Notes: generated by a model not told the origin, from the sequence alone. Shown: positions 31,894-44,928, counted from the whole stretch's first letter. The stretch: DNA of 63,304 nucleotides, filler included, from Sphacelaria rigidula (GCA_964200075.2; 10 parts of 10 records of this genome joined end to end with filler, not necessarily neighbours in it), one strand, 5' to 3'. Numbers and translations: made by a program.

Positions 31894-32418
31894 GTGCGCG
31901 AGTTACAGCAGCTCCAGCGCTCGACCTCCTCCTCCTCATCATCATCCTCCCCAAGCACGACGAACACGAGCGCCAACAGCAGCAGGGTCATCGCCAGCAC
32001 TACTTTCACTACCACCACCACCACCACTGCCGCCATAGAGGAAGACGAGGTTTCAATGCCAGGGAGCTTGCTGTATTGGAGGCTGAAGTCGATTGCCGAA
32101 AAGTTCGTTGTTCCCGGCTGCCCCACCGAAGTCAACGTGAAGGGAGAATCTCGAACCGCGGCGCTGGACGCCATAGCCTTGGCCATGGCGGCGATGGATA
32201 TCGAAACAGACAGTGATACTGCCGGCCGGCGGCAAGCGAGCAGAGACGGCGGCGGTGAGGACAGGGAAGAGGCGCGGACGCATCGCGCTGCTCAGAACAT
32301 GGCAGCCGCGATCGATGCGCTTGGGGAGCTGTCGGGGGAGGTTATAACGGTCGTCATCCATGACATATGGCCACGGTTTCGGTCATCGCCCGAGTTCGAG
32401 CAGCTCATGGAGACCGAG
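31894..32418 (+). CDS. RGS (regulator of G-protein signalling) domain protein exon
   Basis: AAG|GTG...GAG|GTGTGT. SIAEKFVVPGCPTEVNV and EVITVVIHDIWPRFRSSPEF resemble the RGS C-terminal helices (P.EVNI; D.xPRF..S). Confidence 0.75.
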
Positions 32419-32847
32419 GTGTGTAGTGAGTGTTGAGGGAAGGGGGAAAGGTTGTATGTTCGGCCCTCAGATTGGAATGGCAGAGCTCGGAAATGATACC
32501 AGTTATAACCGGCCATCATCATTTTGATAGTAATACTGGTAACTAGTGGTAACTAGTGGTGAGCCACGGTTAACGCGCGTGGCAGCAGTGTTGTACGTAT
32601 CAACGTATCAACATGACGGGTCTCGCACGCATGGAGGTTGTGGACAAGAATGGGGACCGAAAGGCGACCCTGTCGTTAACCATCTTTTATCATGATCAGA
32701 TGAGCAGATAAGTACTTCCACCCCTGTAATAAGAGAAATTGCTATCATTTTATATGATTTTTTTTAATGATGGTTTCAAACCAGTATTTACCGTCACCGG
32801 CTTCATCAGCCGTTACCTGCAATCGCCTCAAATATCACGGGTTTTTA

Positions 32848-32922
32848 GCTCTGGTACCAGTGGCTCAGTTGTTGGCCTCGAAACCTTCTGACGGTTGGGT
32901 CGTTGGTTCAATTCTCGGAGCG
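32848..32922 (+). pseudogene. tRNA-derived sequence resembling tRNA-Ser(CGA); probable pseudogene or SINE head
   Basis: A-box TGGTACCAGTGG, loop CTCGAAA, B-box GGTTCAATTC, GCTCTG/CGGAGC end pairing and a T-run just downstream. Anticodon and T stems pair poorly. Confidence 0.35.
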
Positions 32923-34533
32923 ATCTGGGATTTTTTCTCACACCATGCCTAACAGTGGAGAGCGACTATATCGTGGGTACACAGAATTCGACTTAACGGT
33001 CGACCAGGGAAATGGAGTGCTGAACCCCTCTCGCGATAAAAAATAAAGGTAAGCACTGCAGAGGGAAGGTGGGGTACCAAAAACCAAGAAAAAGCTCCTG
33101 TGTTGACCTTCCTCTTATGTGACTCCGGTTGATGCGCCCACATATACCGAAAGGTGTCAACAGGCGTCCAGAATAGAAGGGACAACACACACAATACACA
33201 CAGTGACGCCAAATCGCGTAAAAATGTGCCTCCGGCACGGCGCCTCCAGCGGGGCCCCCTCTGCCGGCGGGGGGCTTCTTCGCTCGCGGCTGCGCTCGAT
33301 GACCAAACCATTATGTACCCTTTAACTGCTTGATGATTAGACAAACTATTTCCAAGCTCGATGAAATGGCGTTTGGTTTCAGGGTGACTGATGAAAAATC
33401 TGTTTTTTTCAAAGGGGGTTGGAGGGTGGTGGATGGGGGCGTAGGTACGGCGCGCGTGTATACGGGGTCATTTAACGCACAACCCAAGCTCGAATCGCAT
33501 CGCACAAAGCGAGACGCATGGTGTGCCCGTCGGCAGGCGAAGCAATGTTGTGCTCGGGCGCTGTCGGCGAACGGTCCATTTCTTTCGGGACAGCCCCCGA
33601 CGGAGCAGGTGATGCCTTCACTTCTGTCTGGCACATTTTGGACATCTATTACTCCGCTCCACATTTAGTTTGCCCACACAAATGTATGTTGTCTCCTTGT
33701 ATTTTGTACAGAAATTCACTGCAACACCGTTGTTTCTATTTTCCACAGCACCTTGGGAAACTTGACAAACGAGTTCTTGATACCGGTCAGAGTACTAGAG
33801 TAGAAGAACGGGTAGCGGAAGTATTGTGTCGACTTGGTGCGTTACCCACCGAGAAGAGCTATAGTTGACATGAGAATAAAAGAGGTCCCGAATCTGTTTT
33901 ACCGCACACAACAATAAAACACTACCCCCACCCGAACATTCTTTCTCGAGTACTGTATGACAAGAAGAGAAAAAAGCGCCCGTTCCGAAGCACAAACGCT
34001 CTTGAGGAAGCATTGTTGTGCATGCGTCGAGTTATACCTCGCTGCGATTGTACTGCACCCCGCCATGATGTTTTTCTGCGCCAGCCCGACCTGTGCCTTG
34101 CTTGATGATCACGTATCTCGGTTGACTGTGGTTTACCGTGCTGCCGAGGTTTGGGATGGGTTCTCCCTCGCTTATCTCCTGCCCTCCACGCCCTTCGCGT
34201 TACTTGGCGGCATTTGTCGCGTTAGCCCGTCTCCACCCTGATTTTCGAAAGGTCGTTGTTTGATGTCTGTAGAGGCATGGGATGGGGGGGGGGGTTTCCT
34301 TGAAACGGACTACCCATTGACCGAGAGTACTTCCTATTGACGAACAGGAGTCGTTGTGGGTGCAGAAGCTCCCCGCTTGCGACTCAGAGGCAGGCTGCTG
34401 CCTCTCACGAGCACCGCTCACGTATTCTCAGGCCTGAAGCAACTGATGTTTCCCAGCTCCTCAAATTTAGAAGCTTCACTCGCCACCCTTTGAGAGAGAG
34501 GGGACAGGGGGCGGGGAGGGGAAGGGGGAAAGT

Positions 34534-34897
34534 GTACTCATTATCATGCATGGCAGAGTCATACGACCATTGACCTCGCATCCCTAGAACGCCGTGATGG
34601 AGCAAGCCGGGTTTTTGCCGGACCAGGCTCGCACTCAATCACCAAACGCGAAACGCCATGATGTATTCGGTGAGTCGTATGAAGAGTGAGCTGCACCCTG
34701 CTAAGACTAGTCGGCCCGAAGCTTACCGATTATCTTGCATATGGATGGCATCCCTACAATGAGTGACTTCATTTTCTGGTGTTGCCGTTTCCAGAGGCAG
34801 CAGCGGGTTCCACACTGCCTCATGGAGGTCTCACCATATAAACACTACTTGGTATGATTATCCCACTTCGCACGAAATGATCTAGCTCGATCACCAT
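34534..34897 (-). mobile_element. Family B retroelement inside an RGS intron
   Basis: Matches 487-875. Both flanks carry AAGGGGGA G-runs. Confidence 0.85.
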
Positions 34898-35090
34898 GTT
34901 TACCCCAAGAAAAGGGGGAGGGGGGGGCAGCAAGGAGTATCGTTGGAGGAGAAGTACCAACGCGCACGCACTCCCTGGCACTTTCGTAACGACATGGTCA
35001 CAACGATTCATGAGTGAAACACTATATGCCCTTGATACTTCTTCTTATTTTGATTATCCCCTGTTCCATCCCGTCCCATCCCACCCGCAG

Positions 35091-36377
35091 GAGATGCGCA
35101 AGGTGGGATTCACGGATATCGACGGCATCGTGGTTTACCCGCCTCAGGACAGCTCGATTTCGCGTTCGTCTTCGTCCTCCCTCCCTTCCTCCTGCCGCCG
35201 TGCGCGGCTAAGCATGAAGAAGTTGAGCTTCAAGCCGGTCATCGTCCGTCCCGAGAACAGGCGCGAGGCAGACGCTACGGCGTCACCAACAACAGGTACA
35301 CGCGGGTCCAACACCGATCCGGACGACTCCGCTGCTCGAGCTGCAGCGGCCGACGCCGACCCGGATGACTCCACCGCTCGAGTTGCAGCGGCCGACGCCG
35401 ACGATGGCCATCCCGACAGCAACCACTCGCGTTTCCTGTCTGAGGAATCGTGCCTCGACCACGAGGATGATGGCGCAGGAGCAGGAGCAGAGGTGGTGCG
35501 GGACGGGTTGTTGGGGACTCCGTTCGGCGTCAATGACATGTCGTTGCCGAACTTACCATTTCCCTGGGAGGGGGCGCCGCCAGAATATCAGGAGTTCACC
35601 GATTCGGTTGACAGGAATGATTCGCTCACCACTCATATTTCTAGTTCGGTGTCCGCGCCGCTCAGTGTTGTCCGCATCCCTAGCCGCGGCCATCGCCGCG
35701 GTGGTAGCGGAGGCGGCAGCGGCGGCGGCAATCAGGTGGTGAGAAAGCAGAAAAAGGACGCCAGTAGCAGAAATCCCAGTTGCAGAAACCCCAGTAGCAG
35801 AAACCTCAGCAGCAGCAGCCTCAAAATAAGCGCACGGTTAACGAGGAAGACCACCGAGAAGGTTTACACATGCTCACCGGTGGGCAGACGGGCCGATGGC
35901 GACCACAGTCGTAAAGGCAGTTTCAGCAGCAAAACGCTGGTGACGCCCCTCGACAGCTCTCCGCGTCCGGGATCCGGGCATATTCCGGCGGGAGTGCCGC
36001 ACCATAATGCGGCTCGGAGCGTGGGCTCCGGTGATCATGACGGCGGTGGGTCCGGTGATGGTGGGGAGAGCTTAGTACCTGGCGATGTCGCTATTTGTAC
36101 CGCGTTGTCGCCGAAAGTACACACGACAATTGCGGCAATGGCGGCGTCGCCGCTGCGCGGCAGCCTTGGGAAGGCTGGTGAGTACGGTGGGACCGCGCCG
36201 TCTTTCTACGGCAATAAACTGCTGGAAGAAACCGTTCTTGGTCGATTCTTCAGCGGGTTCGCTTACGGGGGGGAAGGAGCAGGACAGCGGGCACTAGCGG
36301 GCTGGAGGAACAGCGAGAGGAGGGTCGCCGGTGATGGAGAATCTACGCAGCAGCGGCTGCCACGAAGGCCGCGCTAA
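35091..36377 (+). CDS. Terminal exon of the RGS-domain gene (Ser/Gly-rich, likely disordered)
   Basis: Pyrimidine tract then CAG|GAG, phase 0 matching the donor after 32418. Long GC-rich open frame EMRKVGFTDIDG...RRPR*. Confidence 0.7.
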   Translation, partial: EMRKVGFTDIDGIVVYPPQDSSISRSSSSSLPSSCRRARLSMKKLSFKPVIVRPENRREADATASPTTGTRGSNTDPDDSAARAAAADADPDDSTARVAAADADDGHPDSNHSRFLSEESCLDHEDDGAGAGAEVVRDGLLGTPFGVNDMSLPNLPFPWEGAPPEYQEFTDSVDRNDSLTTHISSSVSAPLSVVRIPSRGHRRGGSGGGSGGGNQVVRKQKKDASSRNPSCRNPSSRNLSSSSLKISARLTRKTTEKVYTCSPVGRRADGDHSRKGSFSSKTLVTPLDSSPRPGSGHIPAGVPHHNAARSVGSGDHDGGGSGDGGESLVPGDVAICTALSPKVHTTIAAMAASPLRGSLGKAGEYGGTAPSFYGNKLLEETVLGRFFSGFAYGGEGAGQRALAGWRNSERRVAGDGESTQQRLPRRPR

Positions 36378-37574
36378 TATATGTGCACGGCGAGGGCGGC
36401 ACAGCTTGCATCTTGGGACGTGGTCGGTGAACAAAAACGGAGGTTGAGTGGAGTATGACGAAGGCATGCGCCTGTAGGCGGCGTCGGCGGTGACGACTGT
36501 TTCTGGTTGCTGCAGTCTGTATATGTGTTACTGTGCGCGGTCGACTGATTTTGAAATCCAACTCGATCTTACATCCGCTTCCCCGATTTTCGTCGTCTGT
36601 TTTTATTCTTGAACAAGTATCATCATGGGGACCGCCTTGTGGTACGTTTCTGTGTATTTATATATGTTCGCGCGTGTATGCTCTACTGACCTGAATCCGG
36701 TGCGACGAGAAACGATATGTGATGGTGCGCTATAGTTGTTGTAGATATTGTCGAGCGTACCAATCCCTATTTTTTCTTTCCCCTGAAAGGTGGCCACCGC
36801 AGCGTTTTTATTTTTTTTTATCCTTTATTTTCTTCCTGGCTGGGAAGATTCACTTTTTTTCTTTTTGTTTTGGCGCGCGATGTCTACACTGTCCTCAGTT
36901 TCATTGATGAAAGTTTTCATTGGAACGGTTTCTCGGCATGGATGCCCGAACGTATAAGTCGGCGAGAGCAGAGTCACTTTATCACACCTACGTGAATGCA
37001 TTTTGATTTTTTTAGTTGTTTCAAGGGATTAACTCCCGTTAGTTGTGCATTTTTTCTCTCTTTCTTGTGTGTGTGTGTGTGTGTGCGTGTGCGAGCGTGC
37101 ATGCTTCTGTCCTCTGCAGTGCTGTTACGTTTCGTGCTGTGCTGTGCCGTGTTGTGTTATCTGTGCGTGTGAGCGCGTGCGTGAACGTTGTCGTTCCTGC
37201 GTGTCTCCCCGAGTGTACCTGCTGCCGGCGGCGACACCAATGTTTGTTGACTACACCAAGCAGGCTTCCATGCAATATTTCTCGAACCAAAGCCTGTCTC
37301 GGACTGCCTCAGTAGGAAGAAAAGCACACAATCGCTGAGCACCTCAGTAGGTAGTGTCGTCAGATTTCCAGACGTTCATCTTGTGGTTTACCACGTTGTT
37401 GGCAATTTTTTGCGACTGTCATCATCCATCATCGAGGAGAGGAGGGGAGAAAAAAACAAAACAATATACGGCAGACATGGCTGAGGCGCAAGCGTGCGCA
37501 ATGTTTCCTTGTTTCTTTTTTCCGTTTTGTGTTGTTACACTTTTTTTTTTCTTTTCTTGAAGTTTTAATGTTGG

Positions 37575-37612
<38 letters not shown>

Positions 37613-38044
37613 ATGATGAAGGTGGTGGTAGTGTTGTTGCTGTTTTTGCTACTACTGCTGAAGCAGTTTTTGTTCCCGACGAGTGCGCTCACAGTCAGTC
37701 CCCTTCTTTCCGTCCTCTTCCGCCTCTACCGCCTCTCGTGTCGACGTAAGTGTCCATAGTTTTCACTTTTCCACTTCGTTTCTAGTTCCGTATCTGGTTG
37801 TATGTTTCTTCTTCCTTTTCGTGACTTCGTGACGGTCCGACCGGGATCGCCTTTGTTATCATTTTTTTTTTTTTTTTTTTTTTTTGTTTTGTACACACCG
37901 ACCGCGTGCGTGGGTGTACGTGTCAATGTAGAAAAAAAAAAAAANNNNNNNNNNNNNNNNNNNNNNNNNNNNNNNNNNNNNNNNNNNNTTAATTAATTAA
38001 NNNNNNNNNNNNNNNNNNNNNNNNNNNNNNNNNNNNNNNNNNNN

Positions 38045-38195
38045 GTGTTTGGCGAGTCGCATGAAGGGTGAGCTGCATCCTGCGAAGACTGTTCGACCAG
38101 AAGCCTACTGATTATCTTGCGTTTGGATGACAGCCAACAATGGGTTGCTTTATTTTCTAGTATCGTCACTTCCAGAGACAGTCACGGCTTATACA
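38045..38195 (-). mobile_element. Family B fragment at contig edge
   Basis: GGCGAGTCGCATGAAGGGTGAGCTGCATCCTGC core. Confidence 0.85.
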
Positions 38196-39251
38196 TCCCA
38201 CCCTACGATAGTGGGGGGGAGGGGGTATTTGATTCCACGAAAAACGAGGCTCACAGGTGTGTCAGACGACCTGACTATGGTTGAGTTTGTATTTGGGTGG
38301 AAACGGTTTCAAGTGGTGTGGATGAGTGTTCTTATTGGTACCAAGCGCGTTCGAGCAAACGTTGCTGCTTTCAACGACGATTTCATTGCTGAATTTAACC
38401 CCCCCCCCCCCCCCGCTCTGCATCACCCCCCAGGGGTTTTGTTTTTAGTTTTTTTCTAATCTCCCCTTCGTCTTTTTCTTTTTTTNNNNNNNNNNTTTGG
38501 TACCAAGGGCTGACGGCCAAAGTTTGCTGTTTTCAGGGACCTTTTCTTGGCTGAATTTATCCCCCCCCCCCCTGTCGTAGCATCACTCGTGAGTGTTTTT
38601 TTTGCAGTTTTTTTCCAACTAGGTCTCTCGTCTGTTGCTTTCCTTGTGGCTGCTACTACTGTTCCGTCGAGAAATGTACGAAATGCTTTTCCCTCCTGGG
38701 TGTCATTGATGTATTTTGGCGACAGGTGTGGCGGCGGACGGAAGAGTACTTGAAGGACGCTCTGGGTTCTGTGGTGACCGATGTGGAAGACATGGCCGTC
38801 AACCTCTTGGTATTTGTCAGCGCGCAGGTGACACAGTTGAAGCGTTGAAATGTGATCGACCACCCAGGAGCCGTCAAAGATGGATGGTTGCCACAGAAGT
38901 ATTTGCGTACTGTAGTATACCACTCTGTGGTCGCGAAGTGCGCGGGAGGGTTCGTATGCCGCACTCTTAGTCACTCTAAATGAAACCGTGTAAAAAACTG
39001 TCGTCGTGGGCAACGCGGGAATACGCATAGTTGTGGCCTCGTCACTCGTGCATGTGCGTAGAAAGTACTCGTTTCTATCATCATTTATGCTCTCTTCACC
39101 TACCCCTTTTTCTGACATAGATTGGCACCTGAACATATTGCGGTGATACTTGTTGACTTTTCTCGTGTTATGGCTACTATACGATGTCAAGGGTGTACTC
39201 CGTATGCTGAAGGTCCGTGGTCCTCACCCTTGCCCCTCAATGATCTATGAG

Positions 39252-39441
39252 TAGATGGTGGCGTCAGACGGCGAAACAGGACGGGGATACAAAAGGTGAA
39301 ATATTTTGTGTGTAATAGATGAAATGAACGTAATAAGCACTTGGATGCTGGAGGTCTCTATTCGGAGTAAGGATGTTACTCTGCCTCAAAAGCGATGCGT
39401 GGTCAATGGTCAAATGACTAAGGTCAGCAATAAGTGAGTAC
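39252..39441 (+). mobile_element. Family A LINE 3' end
   Basis: Consensus tail with imperfect TSD CACCCTTGCCCCTCAA / CACCCCCTGCCCCCCAA. Confidence 0.8.
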
Positions 39442-39509
39442 ACCCCCTGCCCCCCAACTCAACCGTCGCTGCCCACACCTGTCGCTGCCTTATCGGCTCG
39501 CTACAAAAG

Positions 39510-40971
39510 GCTGATGCGCTGGAAACGGTGGCGTCCGACATTGAAGTAGCGCGGACGCGCCTGCTGCGATCGCGAGAGCAAAGTGCAGCCGCTCGATTCC
39601 TGGCGCTGCGAGCCGCGGCCGAGGAGACGCCCGCCCGTCAAAAAATCGTGGTACTGTCGGGCGAAGAACGCCCTCAAAAATGCCGACCCTTGCCGCCGCG
39701 CAAGCGGGTCCCGCTCTCGGAAAAACTGGGAGGTATCTATGCCGACGAGCCGAAGGCACTCTCTTGTGGGTCACCTATAGCAAGCAAGCTCGGCGGCATC
39801 GGGGAAAGCCAGTCGGAAGGGACCGGGACGGAAATGTGGGGAGAGCAAGACGATGATGATGACGACGACGACTCAGACCTTGACATGCCCAGACAACTGT
39901 CGGCTGCGGAACTACCGTCTTCATCGGGAGGTGGGATGGCGACACCGCGCGTGGACGGGTCGTTGCCGTCCCCGTCTTCGCTTAGCCTCGGCGGCGGCGG
40001 TGGAGGTGGTGGTACCACTAGTGGCAAGTCGCGTGAGAAGAAATCACGATTGGATGGGGCAGCTGCCGCTGCTGCACGTGCGGTCGCCGCGCCCGTCGCT
40101 GCGCCGGCGCTGGCGCCCCCTCCTCCTGCCCGTGAATCCATCGTTACGAACAAACGGAAATCAGCAGGGATCAGATCGTCTGTGGGGAGCATCGGAGCAC
40201 CCCCGCCTTTAGTTTCTCGGGCAAAACCGGGAGCGCCGCCTCCATTGCTGTCTCAGGCATCGCGAGGCGGCGGCGGTGGAGGCAAGGCTCCGCCGCCGCC
40301 TCCGCCCCCCATATCTGGCCGACCAAGTTTGCCCGCCGAGGGAGCGACGAGTGCGAAGCAGCCGGCCCCGCCACCGCCACCGCCACCACCCCCAGGTCGG
40401 CATTCTTCTCCAGCCGGAGACAACGCCGCGCAACCCCCCGCCCCGCCGCTGCCGACGCCCCCTCTTCCACCCCCACCGTCGGTGTATTCGCAACAGCAGG
40501 CATCACCGGCGCCGCCTCCGCCGCCTCCGCCGCCAAAGGAAGGAGTATCGATCACGCCGATTGCACCTACACCCCAGCCGCCGCTACCTGCACCGAGAAG
40601 TACCCCTCAGCAGATACCGCCGCCGCCGCCACAGCAACGACAGCCCCCGCCGCCACCGCCGCCGCCGGTGGCACAGTCGATTGTTTCGTCACAGCCACCA
40701 CCGCCGCCACCGCCGATGGCAAAGTCGGCTGCTTCGTCGCAGCCACCACCGCCGCCGCCGATGGCACAGTCGATTGTTTCGTCGCAGCCGCCGCCGCCGC
40801 CACCGCCAGCATCGCAGCTGAGGGCTTCTCAAATGCAGCCGCCGCCGCCGCCGCCGCCGCCGCTTCCATCTTCGCAATCGAGATCTTTTCAACCGCCACC
40901 GCCGCCGCCACCCGTTCCATCCATGGCAACCCAGCCGCCGCCACCCCCACCCCCGCTGCCACCGGCCCCAG
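39510..40971 (+). CDS. Penultimate exon of a protein with a long polyproline C-terminus (function unknown)
   Basis: AAG|GCT acceptor and CAG|GTACTC donor (phase 1). Open, GC-rich frame with a helical start, an acidic patch and many PPPPP tracts. Confidence 0.7.
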
Positions 40972-41464
40972 GTACTCGTTTTTTTGCGGACAACTTGTAT
41001 TTTGCATCGTCAGCATGAGACAAAATCTCGGGGGGGTTGCTCTCGATCACTTTTTATAGCGTAACAAAGCACGGCTGTTCCCGCTCGTTTTGCATGTTAC
41101 TTTTGGGGGTGACGAGGGGGAGAGGTCGGCATACATTTTCCTCATCTCGCGCCCGGTACCTGCTGAAAATGTTGCATCAAACACTGGACCAGCGCTCCCG
41201 CTACCCGCCGACATTCGTCGAATTAATGTCTAGTCAGGTCGTTGTGCTGTCCCAAACGGTAACAGATGGAATAAAACCTCACTGCCGGAATTGGAACCCA
41301 TTGATTCGCCTGAATTGGCCGGTGATGGATCAGGGTGACCACCAGGTTGCGGTTTTACAAGGGTTGGCGTATGTCGTCCTTGCCTTGATAACGAGCTGGC
41401 TCCTCGCAGTTCAGCCGTTTCTGGTGCTTCCTGACAATTTATGTCCAGGATATAATTTTTTAAT

Positions 41465-41835
41465 TTGATTGATGATTGATGATTGATTGTCGCACTTTAA
41501 CTGATCCCCCAGGGGTCCAGCCGTTGTTTCATGATGGACGTACCCAAGAAAGACAAGGCTGAAACACTCGCTGAAGAAGAGAAGGAACATGAAGAAAACA
41601 AAAGTCGAACAGAACGACATAGTAGACTAGGACGTAACGACAAGAGAATAAAAAAAATTCAACAAAAGCAAAGCACAGAGAAAAATGGCCGACTTACGAA
41701 CAAAAAAAAAGGAAAGAAGAGGGAAGTGGAGAGCAAATAAAACAATATAATGGAAAAAAAAAAAAAGCCCAAGGGATTCGACGCAGCAGCCTCTCGCTTG
41801 TGACGGCAGTCTGATTTTCGCTTGTCCGCGCGTCG
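41465..41835 (-). mobile_element. RTE-like LINE 3' end (second copy)
   Basis: Colinear with 26690-27140 (with an internal deletion). Ends in an (ATCA/ATC)n tail. Confidence 0.75.
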
Positions 41836-41983
41836 CCACGTGTCCTCAAACTCTTTCGCTCCCTATAAATGTAGCCTTTATCCCTGGGTAAGCGGCATTT
41901 ATTTCTTCGTTGCGTCTATTTACATGTTTACTCCGCGCCCTTCTCCGCCGCCTACTCTGCTGTCCCGTTTCCACACGTCGCAG

Positions 41984-42093
41984 GTGCAACTGATCGCCCT
42001 CCGGTTCCACCTCCTCCACCTCCGCCTCAAAGCACGAGGTCAGCGGCGCCTCCTGTACCGCCGCCCCCACCGCCGCCCCCTCCGCCGAAATAA
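41984..42093 (+). CDS. Terminal exon of the proline-rich protein
   Basis: CAG|GT acceptor, phase 1 compatible. GATDRPPVPPPPPPPQSTRSAAPPVPPPPPPPPPPK*. Confidence 0.7.
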
Positions 42094-44057
42094 TTTGGCT
42101 GAAAATAACCCCTGTATTGGCAACTTGCTAGCGGGGGGGGGGGTAGTGTCTGGAAACAGGAAATCCACTGCCGTCCGTTTGTCCATGTCTTGGCTCTATT
42201 CAAGCCGTGCTCGATTTTTCTAGTTCAATTGGGAACTAGGAGTAGACAGTCACTGTGGCAATACGTTAATGGAGATTCGGCTGGAATCATGGTCAGAAAA
42301 TGGACTGTTTCGACACTCACAGACCCCCCTCGTCCGTGTGTGCAAAACCCTGAGTGTAGACGCCAGGTTGCGTAGTTATGTAGCCAATATCCGGAGGTAT
42401 ATCACTCGCTTATCCCGCCGGATGGAGCTTCGAGGCCTCGCTTTTCGCAAAATCTGTGGCGACCACAATACCAGGTTGCAGCCATGCCGCGGAGCGCTCT
42501 TGTTTGTAATGTGTCTCGGTGATGACCCTCGACAGCTGGAGTTCGTTCAGAGTTGCGACCATTTTTTCTTGGGGCACACAGAGATGACGAAGCTCGTCGA
42601 AGGTCATGTGTTTCGCATGTCACGTATAGTCTACGATGAAACACGAAGCAGCACGATGCCAGGTGCTGCGAACGTCGTCACGTGCTTGGCCTTTGACACG
42701 AACGGGAAGCAGCGGGGTTGACCCAAGGTGTCGAAAACAATGTTTCGGATATAATCCGGGTTCTAGGTTTGGCACCTCGGTCATCTCAGGTCATATTGTA
42801 TCGAAGGCGAAGCGCTGGCGCTGCACTGTATTTTGCAGCAAAATTCACGCGCCGTCCTGTGGCGCTTCCTCCTTGAAGCGCGAAGAGTATACTATACCTG
42901 ATTGAACTAATTTAAGCGTACCCTTTATCTTGATGTTGCGTCTTGTTTTGTTTTCGATTTTTTCGCTGTCTTCGTGGTCATCTCAGTGCGCTAGCGGTTG
43001 GATTGAACACTTGATTCTTGTGGACATGCTTATCTTCTTGTCCCGGGATGGGGGGGGGGGGGGGGATCCTTTTCCTACTAGTAGTCGCTAAGCTGGCGAT
43101 TGGATTGCCTTTGGGTTGGAGGCTTGCTTGTCGTGCACGTGCAACACTATTCTCGACACCGGTTAGTCGGGTGATACTACTTTGACTTAGTCACGTTCCA
43201 AATCTAGTTGGGGTAGGTTGGGTATGATGAAATGCTGGTCTAACGGCAGAATATTTGCTCGATTTCAATTACCGGCTTTTATTTCTTCCTCATTATAACG
43301 GATATAGTGGCGAAACTGGTGAAATAATTTTCACCATCTTCGGTGTATGGCGGCGAGCGCAGCCAATAGTATCGACAAATGACTGGTCACAATGAAAGGG
43401 AAAACGTTCTCGCCATTACTTGCGGTCGACAATTCCGTAGATGGATGATGGGAGGATGACGAAGGATTAGCTCGGTGTTGGTGGTGCAGCTGCAGTTTCA
43501 TCGCTCCGTTACGACCCGTACACGCGTAGAATCAAACTTACGCTTTACATGGAGAAGCAGTTCCATAGCTGCGTTCGTCGCGACTGCGAATCTTGCACTG
43601 CACTCGGTATGGTTTTTCTTCGAACACATGTCGGTTACAATTAACAACATTCTCGTTAGATGAGAGTGGAGCGCCGATTGAGAGCGGGTTTGGTCATTCG
43701 CCTTCACTTGGCCATTTTTTCATTCCGTGTGTTCTTTCCTTGGCCTCTGTCGCTGGCGTGTGCTTACAGCTACACGTCGATATCCTACTCAGGGATATCA
43801 AGGGCCTCAGTGGCAAACTACTACAGGAAGCATATTGGGTCTCGTGTAGGTGCATTTCGGAACAGAAACGATTCACTCACTTGTGGACCGCTCTTCACTT
43901 TCAATCTCACGAAAACATTTACTTCGCCTTCCCGTCAGTGGCCGTTTTTTTTCGTGTGCATGATGAAAAGAATTGACGACTCAACTTTCCTTCATCAGTC
44001 ACGCACGTAGAACGTAGACTAAGTGATACCGCAATGATACTACAGCCCCCCCCAAAC

Positions 44058-44284
44058 CAGTGCTCCGTCTCGAGAGGGATGTACGGTCAGAGCTACAAAT
44101 GAGTACGCCCCCGCCTCCCCCCCCCCTCCTTACCCATGAGGCAGTGTATGAGCCGTGGCTGTCTCTGGAAGTGACGATACTAAATAATAAAGAAACCCAT
44201 TGTTGGCTGTCATCCAAATGCAAGGTAATCAGTAGGCTTGGGGCCGAGCAATCTAAACCGGATGCAGCTCACCCTTCATGCGAC
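44058..44284 (+). mobile_element. Family A tail followed by a C-run and a family B body
   Basis: ...AAATGAGTACGCCCCCGCCTCCCCCCCCCTCCTTACCCATGAGGCAGTG... Confidence 0.8.
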
Positions 44285-44699
44285 NNNNNNNNNNNNNNNN
44301 NNNNNNNNNNNNNNNNNNNNNNNNNNNNTTAATTAATTAANNNNNNNNNNNNNNNNNNNNNNNNNNNNNNNNNNNNNNNNNNNNCGGGAACCTGGTCGCC
44401 TAGCTTCCGTAGTGAGTGGCGTGTTTTATAGCGCCATCGCCAACCAACGCCGACCCCCATTGGGGGTCCGTTCGCGCCCGCAGGGGGGGGGGGGTTCTGC
44501 GCGCGGAGGGGTTGAGGCACGGATGCAGCACATATCCCGAAATTGATGTGCCTCGAGAATTTCAAGCGAAACCTGGGTTAGTGGCGTGTTCTTCCAATGT
44601 TTCTTATTTGGTCCAAAATATAATCTTTTCGGGACAAAAAAACACGAATGTGTACATTTTCTAACTAACACCCTTGAAAAAAACACTTCGCTGACTCTT

Positions 44700-44928
44700 G
44701 CCTCGCCAGTGCATGTCGTGTCATCAGCTGAGAACTGCTGCGTCAAGAGTAACCCCTCCCGTTGACATCCCGACTTGTACCGCGGCCCACCCTCGTAAAT
44801 CGGAGAGCAGCTACCGAACAATCCTGTGGAGACTATCTCTGTTTCTCCCGTGGGCTCGATGCACTTGCCACCGGTAAATTGTAATCCTTTCACGTTAAAG
44901 GTGGAAAGCGGACTGATTTTGGTAGGGA
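44700..44928 (-). CDS. Putative Cys-containing exon of an extracellular-type protein
   Basis: CAG acceptor in phase 1. VPTKISPLSTFNVKGLQFTGGKCIEPTG...GSCSPIYEGGPRYKSGCQREG...FSADDTTCTGE. Donor uncertain (possibly GC-type). Confidence 0.45.

Noticed and set aside
29418..36377. WD40-RGS fusion gene
   Set aside because: The WD40 and RGS exons are on different contigs separated by an artificial linker.
38456..39190. 244-aa minus-strand ORF
   Set aside because: No identifiable motifs or convincing splice sites. Possibly decayed TE, but this cannot be supported.
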